A DNA stretch of 36,589 nt from a virus (lineage: Duplodnaviria > Caudoviricetes). Numbering within the stretch: position 1 is the stretch's first letter; every line of letters begins with the position of its first letter. The translations under genes and the position numbers were made by a program. The notes beneath the pieces were generated by a model that saw only the letters and a program-made list of their open reading frames with translations, was not told the DNA's origin and ran no database searches. The DNA lies in the IMG/VR virus record IMGVR_UViG_3300016662_000124, positions 1-36,589 of that record, one strand, 5' to 3'. This document shows, in pieces, positions 9,352 through 17,668 of the stretch.

Positions 9352-9635
9352 TACGCATCACATATGAGAAGAACATAGCTAGGAATGGTCGATATATATG
9401 TGAGAGAGAGGGAGGCCACATAGCAGGGAGCAAACCTAAATTAGCTCTTAGAAAAGAAAATCCATATGCTTCGGAGGGTAAGAAGGAGTGCAATAAGTGT
9501 AGGGTAGTGAAATTGTTTGAAGAATTCAGTCCTGACAAAAGTAAGCGTGATGGTTATTGTACGATGTGCAAGCCTTGTCGTAGTGAGAAGATGAAGACGA
9601 ATTATGATAAGAAAAAGGCAAAAAATGAAGAATAA
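9279..9635 (+). pseudogene. 5'-truncated zinc-finger protein, like homing-endonuclease DNA-binding domains
   Basis: CAFC...C, then KECNKC...F..DKSKRDGYCTMCKPC; no in-frame ATG or SD ahead of the protein-like part. Confidence 0.6.
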
Positions 9636-9686
9636 AATTTGTTTGATAACAGTTTCAAATATAAAATTCTGTGGAAGATTAAAAAA

Positions 9687-9950
9687 ATGAATATTTTAGA
9701 AAGTAAAAAATTTTTTAGTGCTTGGGAAACAGAATTTTCATTTAAATTACAATTTTTAAATGGTCGGAATGTAACAGCTATGGATATGCATGATGGAGTA
9801 GTAGAAGATTACGAATTGCATTTTATAAGGCGTGATGATGCGTTGAGAGTAGCAAAGAGATTGCAGGGTGAATTTGCATCTGCTGGATTTGATATTCCAT
9901 TTTTGCAAGTAGTTTGCTTGTCTAAATCATCAAAGAAAAAATTCCATTGA
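9687..9950 (+). CDS. Hypothetical protein
   Basis: ORF with ATG at 9687 after GGAAG; no motif recognised. Confidence 0.55.
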   Translation: MNILESKKFFSAWETEFSFKLQFLNGRNVTAMDMHDGVVEDYELHFIRRDDALRVAKRLQGEFASAGFDIPFLQVVCLSKSSKKKFH

Positions 9951-10195
9951 ATCAAAGTAATTGCTGCTTCTTCGTGAGCTGATAGAAAGTAAAATTTTTG
10001 ATGATTTTATTATTTTATGGACAATAATATAAGCAAGATTTTTGCTAAAATTCAATAGTACAAATTTATTTAAATACTTAATAAGGATATATATGGGTGT
10101 AGTGTTTTGGAATTTTATTTAATTTCAGCCACCAAATAATTTTTGATTTGGATGAATGATAAAAGATAGTATTTTGAAAACAAATGGAGGAAAAA

Positions 10196-10543
10196 ATGGG
10201 AGCTACATCAGTAACCGGAGTGGGTGCGGGAGCAGCAAATGTTACCCGTGGTCCCGGCAATCTTCGTGATCAATATGCATCTTTGCTTGATCCCCATGTC
10301 GTATGGCATGGCAAGATTTACAACAATGATGGAACTGTTACAGTAACTTTGCCATCTGATGTTAAGGATTTGCCTGAGAAGTTAACGATTCTTTGTTCTG
10401 GCAAGACTTATGGTGTTAACAAGAATCTTGATGGAGATGGTCTTGTTGAAAGTTTTAACATTCAAGGTGCAAAGAAGAGAGATGTTGACTTTATTGTGAT
10501 CAAGAGTCCTTCTTCTTTGTTTACTGGTGATTATACTCCTTGA
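10196..10543 (+). CDS. MGAT-motif protein 1, putative virion decoration protein
   Basis: GGAGG SD at 10186-10190; N-terminus MGATSVTGVGAGAA shared with the genes at 18361 and 18973. Confidence 0.75.
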   Translation: MGATSVTGVGAGAANVTRGPGNLRDQYASLLDPHVVWHGKIYNNDGTVTVTLPSDVKDLPEKLTILCSGKTYGVNKNLDGDGLVESFNIQGAKKRDVDFIVIKSPSSLFTGDYTP

Positions 10544-10546
10544 TGT

Positions 10547-10957
10547 ATGATTTCTTCTTTTAGGGAAGAGTTTGAAAAGAATTGCACCCCGTGTGGACAT
10601 CATTGGACGCACGGGGATTTTTCTGGTAGTCACTTCAAGCATGGAACTACACTTTTGAAGTGTAAGTTTATAGAGCCTGATGAGTTGCGTGTTCAGAACA
10701 TAATATCATTTGATGGAATAGGTGCGAATAAGACTGTTGTATTTATTTGTGGTTTAGCAGACAAGCATGGTGTGGTTATTACGGGAAGAGCGGTGCCTAA
10801 TTTGGTTGGTCCTTCTATAACTGGAAATGACAATTTTTGTTCTGGCTTGCAATTGGAAAGATTATTGAAATGGTATAAATACTATAGATTTGAATGTAAA
10901 GAATTAGATGGCATATTTCATGTTAAAAGGAGTCCTAAAAATGAAGTACAAGATTAA
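10547..10957 (+). CDS. Possible GNAT-like acetyltransferase-fold protein
   Basis: IISFDGIGA...LADKHGVVITGRAVP...LLKWYKYYRF resembles GNAT motif A/B spacing. Confidence 0.5.
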   Translation: MISSFREEFEKNCTPCGHHWTHGDFSGSHFKHGTTLLKCKFIEPDELRVQNIISFDGIGANKTVVFICGLADKHGVVITGRAVPNLVGPSITGNDNFCSGLQLERLLKWYKYYRFECKELDGIFHVKRSPKNEVQD

Positions 10958-11150
10958 AACAGAAGAAAACAAATATATTGTTATGGATAAAAATGACAAT
11001 ATTATTTCCAAATGGTCTAAAGAAACGATTGATGATGCTGGCGGTGTGGAAAAATGCATTGAGCGTTTTAAGAAAGCTAATCCTAAATCAGAAATTGAAA
11101 TGGTTCCAGCACCAGTTCCAGAACCAGCACCAGCACCAGTTAATGGTTGA
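10941..11150 (+). CDS. Small hypothetical protein with Pro-Ala tail
   Basis: AAGGAG SD before ATG 10941; PAPVPEPAPAP tail. Confidence 0.7.
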   Translation: MKYKIKTEENKYIVMDKNDNIISKWSKETIDDAGGVEKCIERFKKANPKSEIEMVPAPVPEPAPAPVNG

Positions 11151-11178
11151 AAATTTTAATTAAATACTCTAATATTGA

Positions 11179-11811
11179 ATGCAGTATTTTGTGTTGCCTC
11201 ATTGTTGTATAGCGTTTAATGCCAAGGTTGCATCATCAGCCTTGGCATCTGCTATTGTTAGGAAGCATCATCCAGAGAGATTACAAAAAGCTCTGGATGA
11301 TTATGAAAAAAATTGGTCTAGATTTAGCGACGAATTTAAGGCTTCTTTGCCAGAATCTTTTCAGAGGATGTTCAGATGCGACATGAATGATTCCGTGTCA
11401 TTTTGGCAGAACCTATGCACAATAACGAGAAATCCTGAATTGCCTGTTCTTTTGCTGGTAAGAAATCCTGTTGATAGGTTTTTATCTGGGGTTTCTTATC
11501 TAAGTCAAGATGTTGATAAGTTATTGACTGGTTTGGAGAATGATGACAAGGAATATGTTTTAGAATCTTTGCCTATGCCAATTCGGAAAAACACTCATTT
11601 CATAAAACAGTCGTGGTTGATTACAGGTGATACAAGACTTTATAGGTTTCCTGACCAACTGCAACAATTCTGCCGTGATGCTGATTTGGAATGGCCTTTA
11701 CCTAAAGTTAATGAGGGCAGAAATGTTAAACCAGTTTTGAGTTCTGAGCAGATTGATAGGATAAAGGCATATTATGCTGAAGATGTCAAATTATACAATT
11801 CGATCAGTTAG
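11179..11811 (+). CDS. Sulfotransferase family 2-like protein
   Basis: 5'-PSB-like NAKVASSAL, 3'-PB-like VRNPVDRFLSG, HFIKQS, LPKVN, YYAEDVKLY. Confidence 0.8.
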   Translation: MQYFVLPHCCIAFNAKVASSALASAIVRKHHPERLQKALDDYEKNWSRFSDEFKASLPESFQRMFRCDMNDSVSFWQNLCTITRNPELPVLLLVRNPVDRFLSGVSYLSQDVDKLLTGLENDDKEYVLESLPMPIRKNTHFIKQSWLITGDTRLYRFPDQLQQFCRDADLEWPLPKVNEGRNVKPVLSSEQIDRIKAYYAEDVKLYNSIS

Positions 11812-11827
11812 ACAAATATAGTTGAAA

Positions 11828-11851
11828 ACACGCACCTAAGCGAGTGCGTGT
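11828..11851. terminator. Hairpin between convergent genes
   Basis: ACACGCAC/GTGCGTGT 8-bp stem. Confidence 0.65.
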
Positions 11852-11866
11852 CAAATAAATATCAAT

Positions 11867-14800
11867 CTATATACCGAACCAATGTTTCTTGATATCTTCA
11901 TAATTTTTCATAAATTCAGAAAATGATTCACTTCTAACTGCTGGCAGATCGTTAGCAACAGCAGAGGTCATTTCATCATCGAGTTGACGAAGTTCTCTTT
12001 GAGCATCTATGATTCTCTGTAATAATTCTGGATCATGTTCCTTTTTATGCAATTCTTTTCTATACTTTTGTATAATCGCTGCTAGTTCCCTTTTCCTTTG
12101 AACTTTCTTATAAAGTTGTTCATCAATTCCTTTAGCCAAGGTGTAATCGATGTTCACGGGATGATTGGTGTTAATTCTATAAATTCTTCCTTCGCTTTGT
12201 TCGGCGCTTTCTGGAGTCCAATCAAAATCATTTACAACCATATTTCTGGCTTCATTGGGGAAGTCAATTCCTGTTCCGCCCATTTTAAGTGACATGACAA
12301 GAACTTTTGCGTTGGGGTCTTGGCCAAAAACATCCTTAACTCTTTTTCTTTCGCTCTTTTTGGTCATAGCGAGATAAGTAATTACCTTAAATTGAGGGTT
12401 AACTTGTCTGAGTGCGGCAGATAGTTTGCTAACAAGCTGGTTGGCGGATTCGATGAAATTCGTGAATACAACGACTTTGCTCTTTGAATAATTGTTTGTA
12501 GGATCATCCATGTTTTCACGAACAATTTTGATTACTTTATTGACTGTTTGATCTGTTTTGAGTTGTGCTATAACCTCCCTAGCGGCAATAAGTTTAGAAA
12601 GTGGGTGACTAGGATCATCATATGTTCTGACTTTTTCCATATACTTACGATTAAATTCCGCCTCATCGATTGGACGAGCGGTAGGTTCTGCTCTGTTTAG
12701 AGTCGGCATATCACGAAGGTCTGATTTGCTTCTTCGTACATAAACGCCTGACAGGTTAAGCCATTTGTTGAGTCTTTCAGCAGCACGATATGATTCATCA
12801 CTGTTATCATCAATCTCATAGGCTCCTCTATATCCTGAAGGGCTTGCGCCTGCAAAATCTCTCTTGAATTTGCTTTCTTTAATTTTTCCAAGGTGATGCT
12901 TGAGGATTGCGAGTTGATTTTTAACATCCATTGGTTTGTTAGCTGAAATTGTAGCGGATGCACCCCAGACTGTTGGAATATTTTCAATAACTTCGGCAAT
13001 ATTCTTGCTTCGTTTGGATGTCTCATGTTTAAGTTTGTGCAGCTCATCAAAAATTGCGATTCCGAAGTTTGCTCTTTTGCAATTTTCTAATACATCAGGT
13101 AATTTTTTCCCAGCGGAAAAATTTTCGTAGTAAAGAACTGTCCACTTTTTAGGTTGAGAACCATCTGTGCTGATGTTCTGGGTTTCTTCTGATCCGCAAA
13201 CCGCTTTGATGGTATTGATCCATTGTTCTTGTGTGGCTTTGAGAGTGACGATGAGTGTTGGGTGTTGATCCTCTTTCATTCTCAAAGCGGCAGCAGTAAC
13301 AAGTTGTGCGGTTTTGCCGAATCCTGTCTCATCGCCAAGAATGGCATGATGACGACCATAGAGGAATGCAACGCCTTCTTTTTGTTGATCATAAAGTTCG
13401 TAAGTGCTTTCAGGTAATTTTTCGTCAATATCTCGGCTAATTTGTTGTAGGTTTTCGCCCTGATCATGTTGCCCAGTATATTTTTGCTTTTGCATACGAC
13501 CGCTATCAAGTTTTGTGCTCAATACGGTTCTTAATTCTTGAACATCATAACCAAAACGCTTGAGGAGTTCACCAAAAATTGCATATTGTTGGAAATTACC
13601 ATCCACCTCATAAAAGTAACCGTTTTTATTCCATTCGTATTCAGGGAAGGTATATTGAATTAACTCTTTGATAAAACCTTTTTTACCAAGGTTTCCAGCA
13701 AGTTCTGGATGATTGTACTGAACTTGAACTTTCATTTTGGTGCCGGGAAGATCAGAAAAATTGATAACCCTGATGATTCTGTGACTTTCTCTTCCTTCTG
13801 CGTCGGTGGGCGGAGAAGTAGGTCTTGTTTCGGATTCAGGCGAGGAAGCTGGGGATGTTCTCTCAAAATTCTCCTGAGCAAAGTGATCAAGAGGACTGAC
13901 ATTAAGACCTTTATGAGCGATTACATCTCTGACCTGATCAAACATTCTTCTATTTTGAAGGTCAATAAGGATAATTCCCGGTCTTCCTGCTTGATGGTCA
14001 TCTACTGAGTAGGAAGCGGCTCTTGGAGTAAGTCCAGCACTCTTGATTGCTGGATAAGGACTTCTATCGAAAGGAACATTGAACTTTACTTTGAGTTTTT
14101 CTCCAAAACGAGTTGAAACTTTACCAAGTAATTCAACTTCAGGTGCTGCTGATGCTGCTGATGGTTCTTCGGCAGCACCTCCCGGCGTTGAACCTGCTGA
14201 TGCTGTCAATGCGCTAGGACTTTGACCGGGAGCATGTCCGGTAACTTCTAAATTTTTTCTTGTTTTAAGTGTTTCAATAATATCATGAAGAACGCTGGTG
14301 TGGATGTGTACGATGTGCGGATTGTCACGATCTTTAGAAAATTTCTTGAATCTTTCGTAACCTTCATTTCCAAATCTGTCGGTGACAATCTGTGCGCCTT
14401 CCTGCCTCATTTTTTCATCAACGATTCTGTTGATTGCTCTCATATCGCCTGTATCGACTCCATGAGGGATATAAACTCTTACTTTGCCGTAGGTGAGTGG
14501 TTGGTCGCCATAAATGTGAATCTTGTCTTGATCAATTTGATCTGAACCTGTGGCACTAGCAGCCCTAGGCATATTGTTGAAATCTGTGGTGACTAAGCGG
14601 CTTATTTCGGCATAATTTGGCACTTGTGTATTTCTATATTTGCTTAACATACGAACAAAAGTTGTTGCGATTCTTGCTGGTATGGCTGATTGTGAAAGAT
14701 AGTGCGAAAGATTTTGGTAGGTATCCCAATCTGATTTATTAAATCCATAATCATTGTATTCGTTTGGAACGCCTCTTGCTGCCATATCAGCAACTGTTCT

Positions 14801-14887
14801 TTTAAGCAATTCAATACCGGGACCGGAAACCAATGCTTCTTCAGTTTCAACTAGACGGAGTAATTTCCATTCCAATAGTGCGCTCAT
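11867..14887 (-). CDS. SNF2-like SF2 helicase/ATPase with a ~490-aa N-terminal extension
   Basis: LYDQQKEGV, GDETGFGKT (I), DELH (II), SAT (III), VVVFTNF (IV), GGTGID (V), QSEGRIYRI (VI). Confidence 0.9.
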   Translation of the reverse strand: MSALLEWKLLRLVETEEALVSGPGIELLKRTVADMAARGVPNEYNDYGFNKSDWDTYQNLSHYLSQSAIPARIATTFVRMLSKYRNTQVPNYAEISRLVTTDFNNMPRAASATGSDQIDQDKIHIYGDQPLTYGKVRVYIPHGVDTGDMRAINRIVDEKMRQEGAQIVTDRFGNEGYERFKKFSKDRDNPHIVHIHTSVLHDIIETLKTRKNLEVTGHAPGQSPSALTASAGSTPGGAAEEPSAASAAPEVELLGKVSTRFGEKLKVKFNVPFDRSPYPAIKSAGLTPRAASYSVDDHQAGRPGIILIDLQNRRMFDQVRDVIAHKGLNVSPLDHFAQENFERTSPASSPESETRPTSPPTDAEGRESHRIIRVINFSDLPGTKMKVQVQYNHPELAGNLGKKGFIKELIQYTFPEYEWNKNGYFYEVDGNFQQYAIFGELLKRFGYDVQELRTVLSTKLDSGRMQKQKYTGQHDQGENLQQISRDIDEKLPESTYELYDQQKEGVAFLYGRHHAILGDETGFGKTAQLVTAAALRMKEDQHPTLIVTLKATQEQWINTIKAVCGSEETQNISTDGSQPKKWTVLYYENFSAGKKLPDVLENCKRANFGIAIFDELHKLKHETSKRSKNIAEVIENIPTVWGASATISANKPMDVKNQLAILKHHLGKIKESKFKRDFAGASPSGYRGAYEIDDNSDESYRAAERLNKWLNLSGVYVRRSKSDLRDMPTLNRAEPTARPIDEAEFNRKYMEKVRTYDDPSHPLSKLIAAREVIAQLKTDQTVNKVIKIVRENMDDPTNNYSKSKVVVFTNFIESANQLVSKLSAALRQVNPQFKVITYLAMTKKSERKRVKDVFGQDPNAKVLVMSLKMGGTGIDFPNEARNMVVNDFDWTPESAEQSEGRIYRINTNHPVNIDYTLAKGIDEQLYKKVQRKRELAAIIQKYRKELHKKEHDPELLQRIIDAQRELRQLDDEMTSAVANDLPAVRSESFSEFMKNYEDIKKHWFGI

Positions 14888-14921
14888 ATTTAAGTAATCC
14901 TCAATAAAATGCCTATGAATC

Positions 14922-14927
14922 TATATA
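14922..14927. promoter_or_regulatory. Palindromic TATATA late-promoter-like box between divergent genes
   Basis: Lies in the 58-bp gap between ATG 14887(-) and ATG 14946(+), both with GAGG SDs; similar boxes recur upstream of other genes. Confidence 0.5.
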
Positions 14928-14945
14928 CATTGTGAGGTAAATAAA

Positions 14946-15221
14946 ATGAAGAGTTTTGATGAATTTTTGACAGAAGCAAAGGCGCAATCTGCTCCTAAAA
15001 AAAAGGACACGGTTGGAAGTAGCAGGATTAAGTGTGTTCAATCAGTAGTAGATCATATTAAGAAAGCTTTAATGGATTATGATATCACAACGAGAAAATA
15101 TGTTTGGAATAAATTGAACAGTAAAGAGGGCGAGCATTTAATGGATCAGATTGTGCGTTATCCGAAAACCAGTATGTCGATGAGTCAATTTACCAAATTG
15201 GTGATTGACACCAAAAAGTAA
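14946..15221 (+). CDS. Small basic protein with capsid-targeting-like N-terminus
   Basis: MKSFDEFLTE start; GAGG SD. Confidence 0.8.
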   Translation: MKSFDEFLTEAKAQSAPKKKDTVGSSRIKCVQSVVDHIKKALMDYDITTRKYVWNKLNSKEGEHLMDQIVRYPKTSMSMSQFTKLVIDTKK

Positions 15222-15285
15222 TTGCAAACCTGTTTATGCTGTGGTAGATTATTTCAAGCACAATGATGTGCCAGAGGATTTACCT

Positions 15286-15573
15286 ATGCAAAAGACGCTT
15301 GTTGCTGGTTTCGCCTTTTTGGCTATGACTCTTTTTGTTGGAAATGCCGAAGCTTGTCTTTTCAAGAAGAAAGTTAAGATTTGTTCTTCCTGCAAAACTG
15401 GCAGTACCACAACCGTGACTGCTGGTAAGGCTCCTAAGAGCAGCGAAAAAGCGCCGGCTCCTGCTCCGCAAGCTGTGAAGAATGAGGACAAGACAAAGGC
15501 ACCGGCTCCTGCTCCGCAAGCTGTGAAGAATGAGGACAAGAAAAAGGCACCGGCTCCCAACTTGAAGAACTAA
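15286..15573 (+). CDS. Small secreted Lys/Pro/Ala-rich protein
   Basis: GAGGA SD; signal peptide ending AEA; Cys-containing mature N-terminus; tandem repeat tail. Confidence 0.8.
   Translation: MQKTLVAGFAFLAMTLFVGNAEACLFKKKVKICSSCKTGSTTTVTAGKAPKSSEKAPAPAPQAVKNEDKTKAPAPAPQAVKNEDKKKAPAPNLKN
15454..15557 (+). repeat. 48-bp coding tandem repeat (2 copies plus a partial)
   Basis: CCGGCTCCTGCTCCGCAAGCTGTGAAGAATGAGGACAAGA(C/A)AAAGGCA at 15454 and 15502, partial at 15550; encodes PAPAPQAVKNEDK(T/K)KA. Confidence 0.95.
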
Positions 15574-15582
15574 GTTTTTCGC

Positions 15583-15613
15583 AATCAAGCCCAAGGTTTT
15601 CTTGGGCTTGATT
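15583..15613 (+). terminator. Strong hairpin / terminator immediately upstream of bS21
   Basis: AATCAAGCCCAAG/CTTGGGCTTGATT 13-bp stem. Confidence 0.75.
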
Positions 15614-15633
15614 CATTTTGTAGGGCGTTTTAT

Positions 15634-15804
15634 ATGAAGATGACTATTCGTGATCGTGAGCCAATTGGTTCTGCTCTGCGCCGATTTAAAAAATTGCTTG
15701 ATCGTAGTGGCATTTTAAAAGAAATTAAAAAACACGAAGTTTATCAAAAGCCTTGCGAAAAAAGGCGACAAGCAAAATATAAAGCTAGTTTAAAACGCTC
15801 TTAG
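15634..15804 (+). CDS. rpsU: 30S ribosomal protein bS21 (56 aa; below the ORF-track length cut-off)
   Basis: Hand translation MKMTIRDREPIGSALRRFKKLLDRSGILKEIKKHEVYQKPCEKRRQAKYKASLKRS; has the bS21 signature E...ALRRFK...G...E...Y.KP.E.RR. Confidence 0.93.
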   Translation: MKMTIRDREPIGSALRRFKKLLDRSGILKEIKKHEVYQKPCEKRRQAKYKASLKRS

Positions 15805-16099
15805 TATATCTTTTTATATTTTTCTTTTTGTCGTGGGTTCCGAGCATATGGCCCACTCGATAATCTTTTGAAAAAATCCATTTGATAGTACCCATGACAA
15901 TGCCATCTTGTCCGTCTTCATATCCTTGAATGAATTGTTCTGATGTGATTTGTCCAGTATATTGGTCAGAAGACGGCGTTGGTTCAACATCCGTCTTCTG
16001 ACTTCCGTATGGATTTATGTCGTTCGTATTTCTAATTGTAAAAACAGTTCCAAGGACTACTAAAAGAAACATTATAATACTGACCAGTATTTTTCTCAT
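15785..16099 (-). CDS. Membrane-anchored hypothetical protein
   Basis: N-terminal hydrophobic helix after MRK; AAGGA SD. Confidence 0.7.
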   Translation of the reverse strand: MRKILVSIIMFLLVVLGTVFTIRNTNDINPYGSQKTDVEPTPSSDQYTGQITSEQFIQGYEDGQDGIVMGTIKWIFSKDYRVGHMLGTHDKKKNIKRYTKSVLN

Positions 16100-16115
16100 A
16101 GCTTCCTTTGAACAA

Positions 16116-16123
16116 TATAAATA
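16116..16123 (+). promoter_or_regulatory. T4-type late promoter consensus TATAAATA
   Basis: Exact T4 gp55 late box about 45 nt upstream of ATG 16169; TATATA also at 16135-16140. Confidence 0.55.
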
Positions 16124-16168
16124 TGCTTGAGACATATATAAAAATAAGATTATTTTGTGGAGATTTTT

Positions 16169-16717
16169 ATGAGTTTTGAACAGTATTATTTGATACGAGA
16201 AGCAGTAGTCCCTATGACTTTGTCAGAAAATGTTGTCAATATTTCTGAAAATTTAAAGTATCACATGGACAATGGTCTTTCAATTTCTGACAGCGTTTTT
16301 CGTATTGGTTCAGATGCTTGGCGTGATTTAGTGAATGAGGTTCGTTCTTTGCATGAATCTGGACAAATAAAACTGAATGAAAATGATGAGTTTATTATTT
16401 TAACTGAGGCTGGAAGGACAGGAGTTTACCAAGGTAAACAAGTGCCTTTGGATAGTCCCAAGCGAGGTGGTCCTAAGAAGTTTTATGTGTTTGTAAATTC
16501 TGGTCGTAAAAATGCCGAAGGGCGTGTAGTTGCCAAGAAGGTTGCTTGGGGCGATCCTAATCTAAGTGTAAAGAATCAATCTGATAAAGCTAGGAAGAGT
16601 TTCTTGGCTCGTCATAAATGTTCAACCAAGCATGATCGCACGACACCGGGATGGTGGGCTTGCAATGTCAATCGATATGCCAAGCAGCTTGGTTTAGTTA
16701 GTACAAAGAAGTGGTAA
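16169..16717 (+). CDS. Conserved T4-like phage protein with a basic C-terminal domain
   Basis: YQGKQVPLDSPKRGGPKKFYVFV...WGDP...RKSFLARHKC...WWAC, recalled from large aquatic myoviruses; GGAG SD. Confidence 0.75.
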   Translation: MSFEQYYLIREAVVPMTLSENVVNISENLKYHMDNGLSISDSVFRIGSDAWRDLVNEVRSLHESGQIKLNENDEFIILTEAGRTGVYQGKQVPLDSPKRGGPKKFYVFVNSGRKNAEGRVVAKKVAWGDPNLSVKNQSDKARKSFLARHKCSTKHDRTTPGWWACNVNRYAKQLGLVSTKKW

Positions 16718-16718
16718 T

Positions 16719-16979
16719 ATGTTGCCTTTTGAGCAAAAGAGATTAAGTAAAAAAAATGTAGTTAGGACATTTTCCGAAGATGTTCCTAATGAGGAACTGA
16801 AATGGCATCGTGATGCTGAGGATAGAGTTGTAAAAGTGATTGGCGAGACAGATTGGAAGATTCAATTTGACAATTATTTGCCTCAAGTTCTTGAGGGCGA
16901 GGTAAGAATTCCTGCTGGAGTATATCACAGGGTGATTAAAGGAACGGGTAACCTTAAAGTAGAAATACGAATGGATTGA
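16719..16979 (+). CDS. Small cupin-like protein
   Basis: WHRDAEDR and IPAGVYHRV cupin motifs 1 and 2. Confidence 0.7.
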   Translation: MLPFEQKRLSKKNVVRTFSEDVPNEELKWHRDAEDRVVKVIGETDWKIQFDNYLPQVLEGEVRIPAGVYHRVIKGTGNLKVEIRMD

Positions 16980-16981
16980 TT

Positions 16982-17287
16982 ATGACATTCAAGGAATGGT
17001 TGTTTAATCTTGAAGAAGGCGGTTTTTGCAAAAAAGGCGCATGTGTTTACGGCGGAACGGTTCCTACTCCAAGCAATCATAAACCTCAAATGAGAGTACC
17101 CACACCAAGAACAGCAAAGATTCGTCGTCCTCACGACGGTATTCACTTATATGGTCTTGGTGGCGGTCCAGTAAGCGGTGGCGGTGGTGGTGCCATGGTA
17201 GGTGGAGGAGGCGGTGGTTCTGCTCCAATGGCTGGTGGAGCCCCTCCCGCTGGCGGTGGTGCTCCTTTGGGTATGGTTAATAAATAA
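16982..17287 (+). CDS. Gly/Pro-rich protein with capsid-targeting-like N-terminus
   Basis: MTFKEWLFNLEE start; poly-Gly C-terminal half. Confidence 0.7.
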   Translation: MTFKEWLFNLEEGGFCKKGACVYGGTVPTPSNHKPQMRVPTPRTAKIRRPHDGIHLYGLGGGPVSGGGGGAMVGGGGGGSAPMAGGAPPAGGGAPLGMVNK

Positions 17288-17624
17288 TGTCATAAAAAGG
17301 GAATGAGAGTTCAAGGTCCAGATATTTTCCATGTAAATCTGATGAGACAATTCTTTTTATGAATGACTCATGAAATATTACAGACTCATTTCTGCCAAAT
17401 AAATTTGGTTTTTCGGATTTTATAATACAACATATTTTTTCATTTGCTAAAAAAAATTCATGAATTTTTTTGAAATCATGATCGATTTCTAAAACAATTA
17501 TAGCATTTCCATTGTAAGCTGAGTCTGGAATATTGACGATTGTATAGTCTACACAAGGAATTGTTTTACAAACTTGAGACCAACTTTTACAATCACGCCA
17601 TTCACATTTTTTTGTCATTGTCAT
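17277..17624 (-). CDS. Hypothetical protein
   Basis: ORF filling the gap; start chosen at the ATG after GGAG. Confidence 0.55.
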   Translation of the reverse strand: MTMTKKCEWRDCKSWSQVCKTIPCVDYTIVNIPDSAYNGNAIIVLEIDHDFKKIHEFFLANEKICCIIKSEKPNLFGRNESVIFHESFIKRIVSSDLHGKYLDLELSFPFYDIIY

Positions 17625-17668
17625 GTGCAGTAAAACTCCATTCGATAATTTTTTGCACAAATAACATA

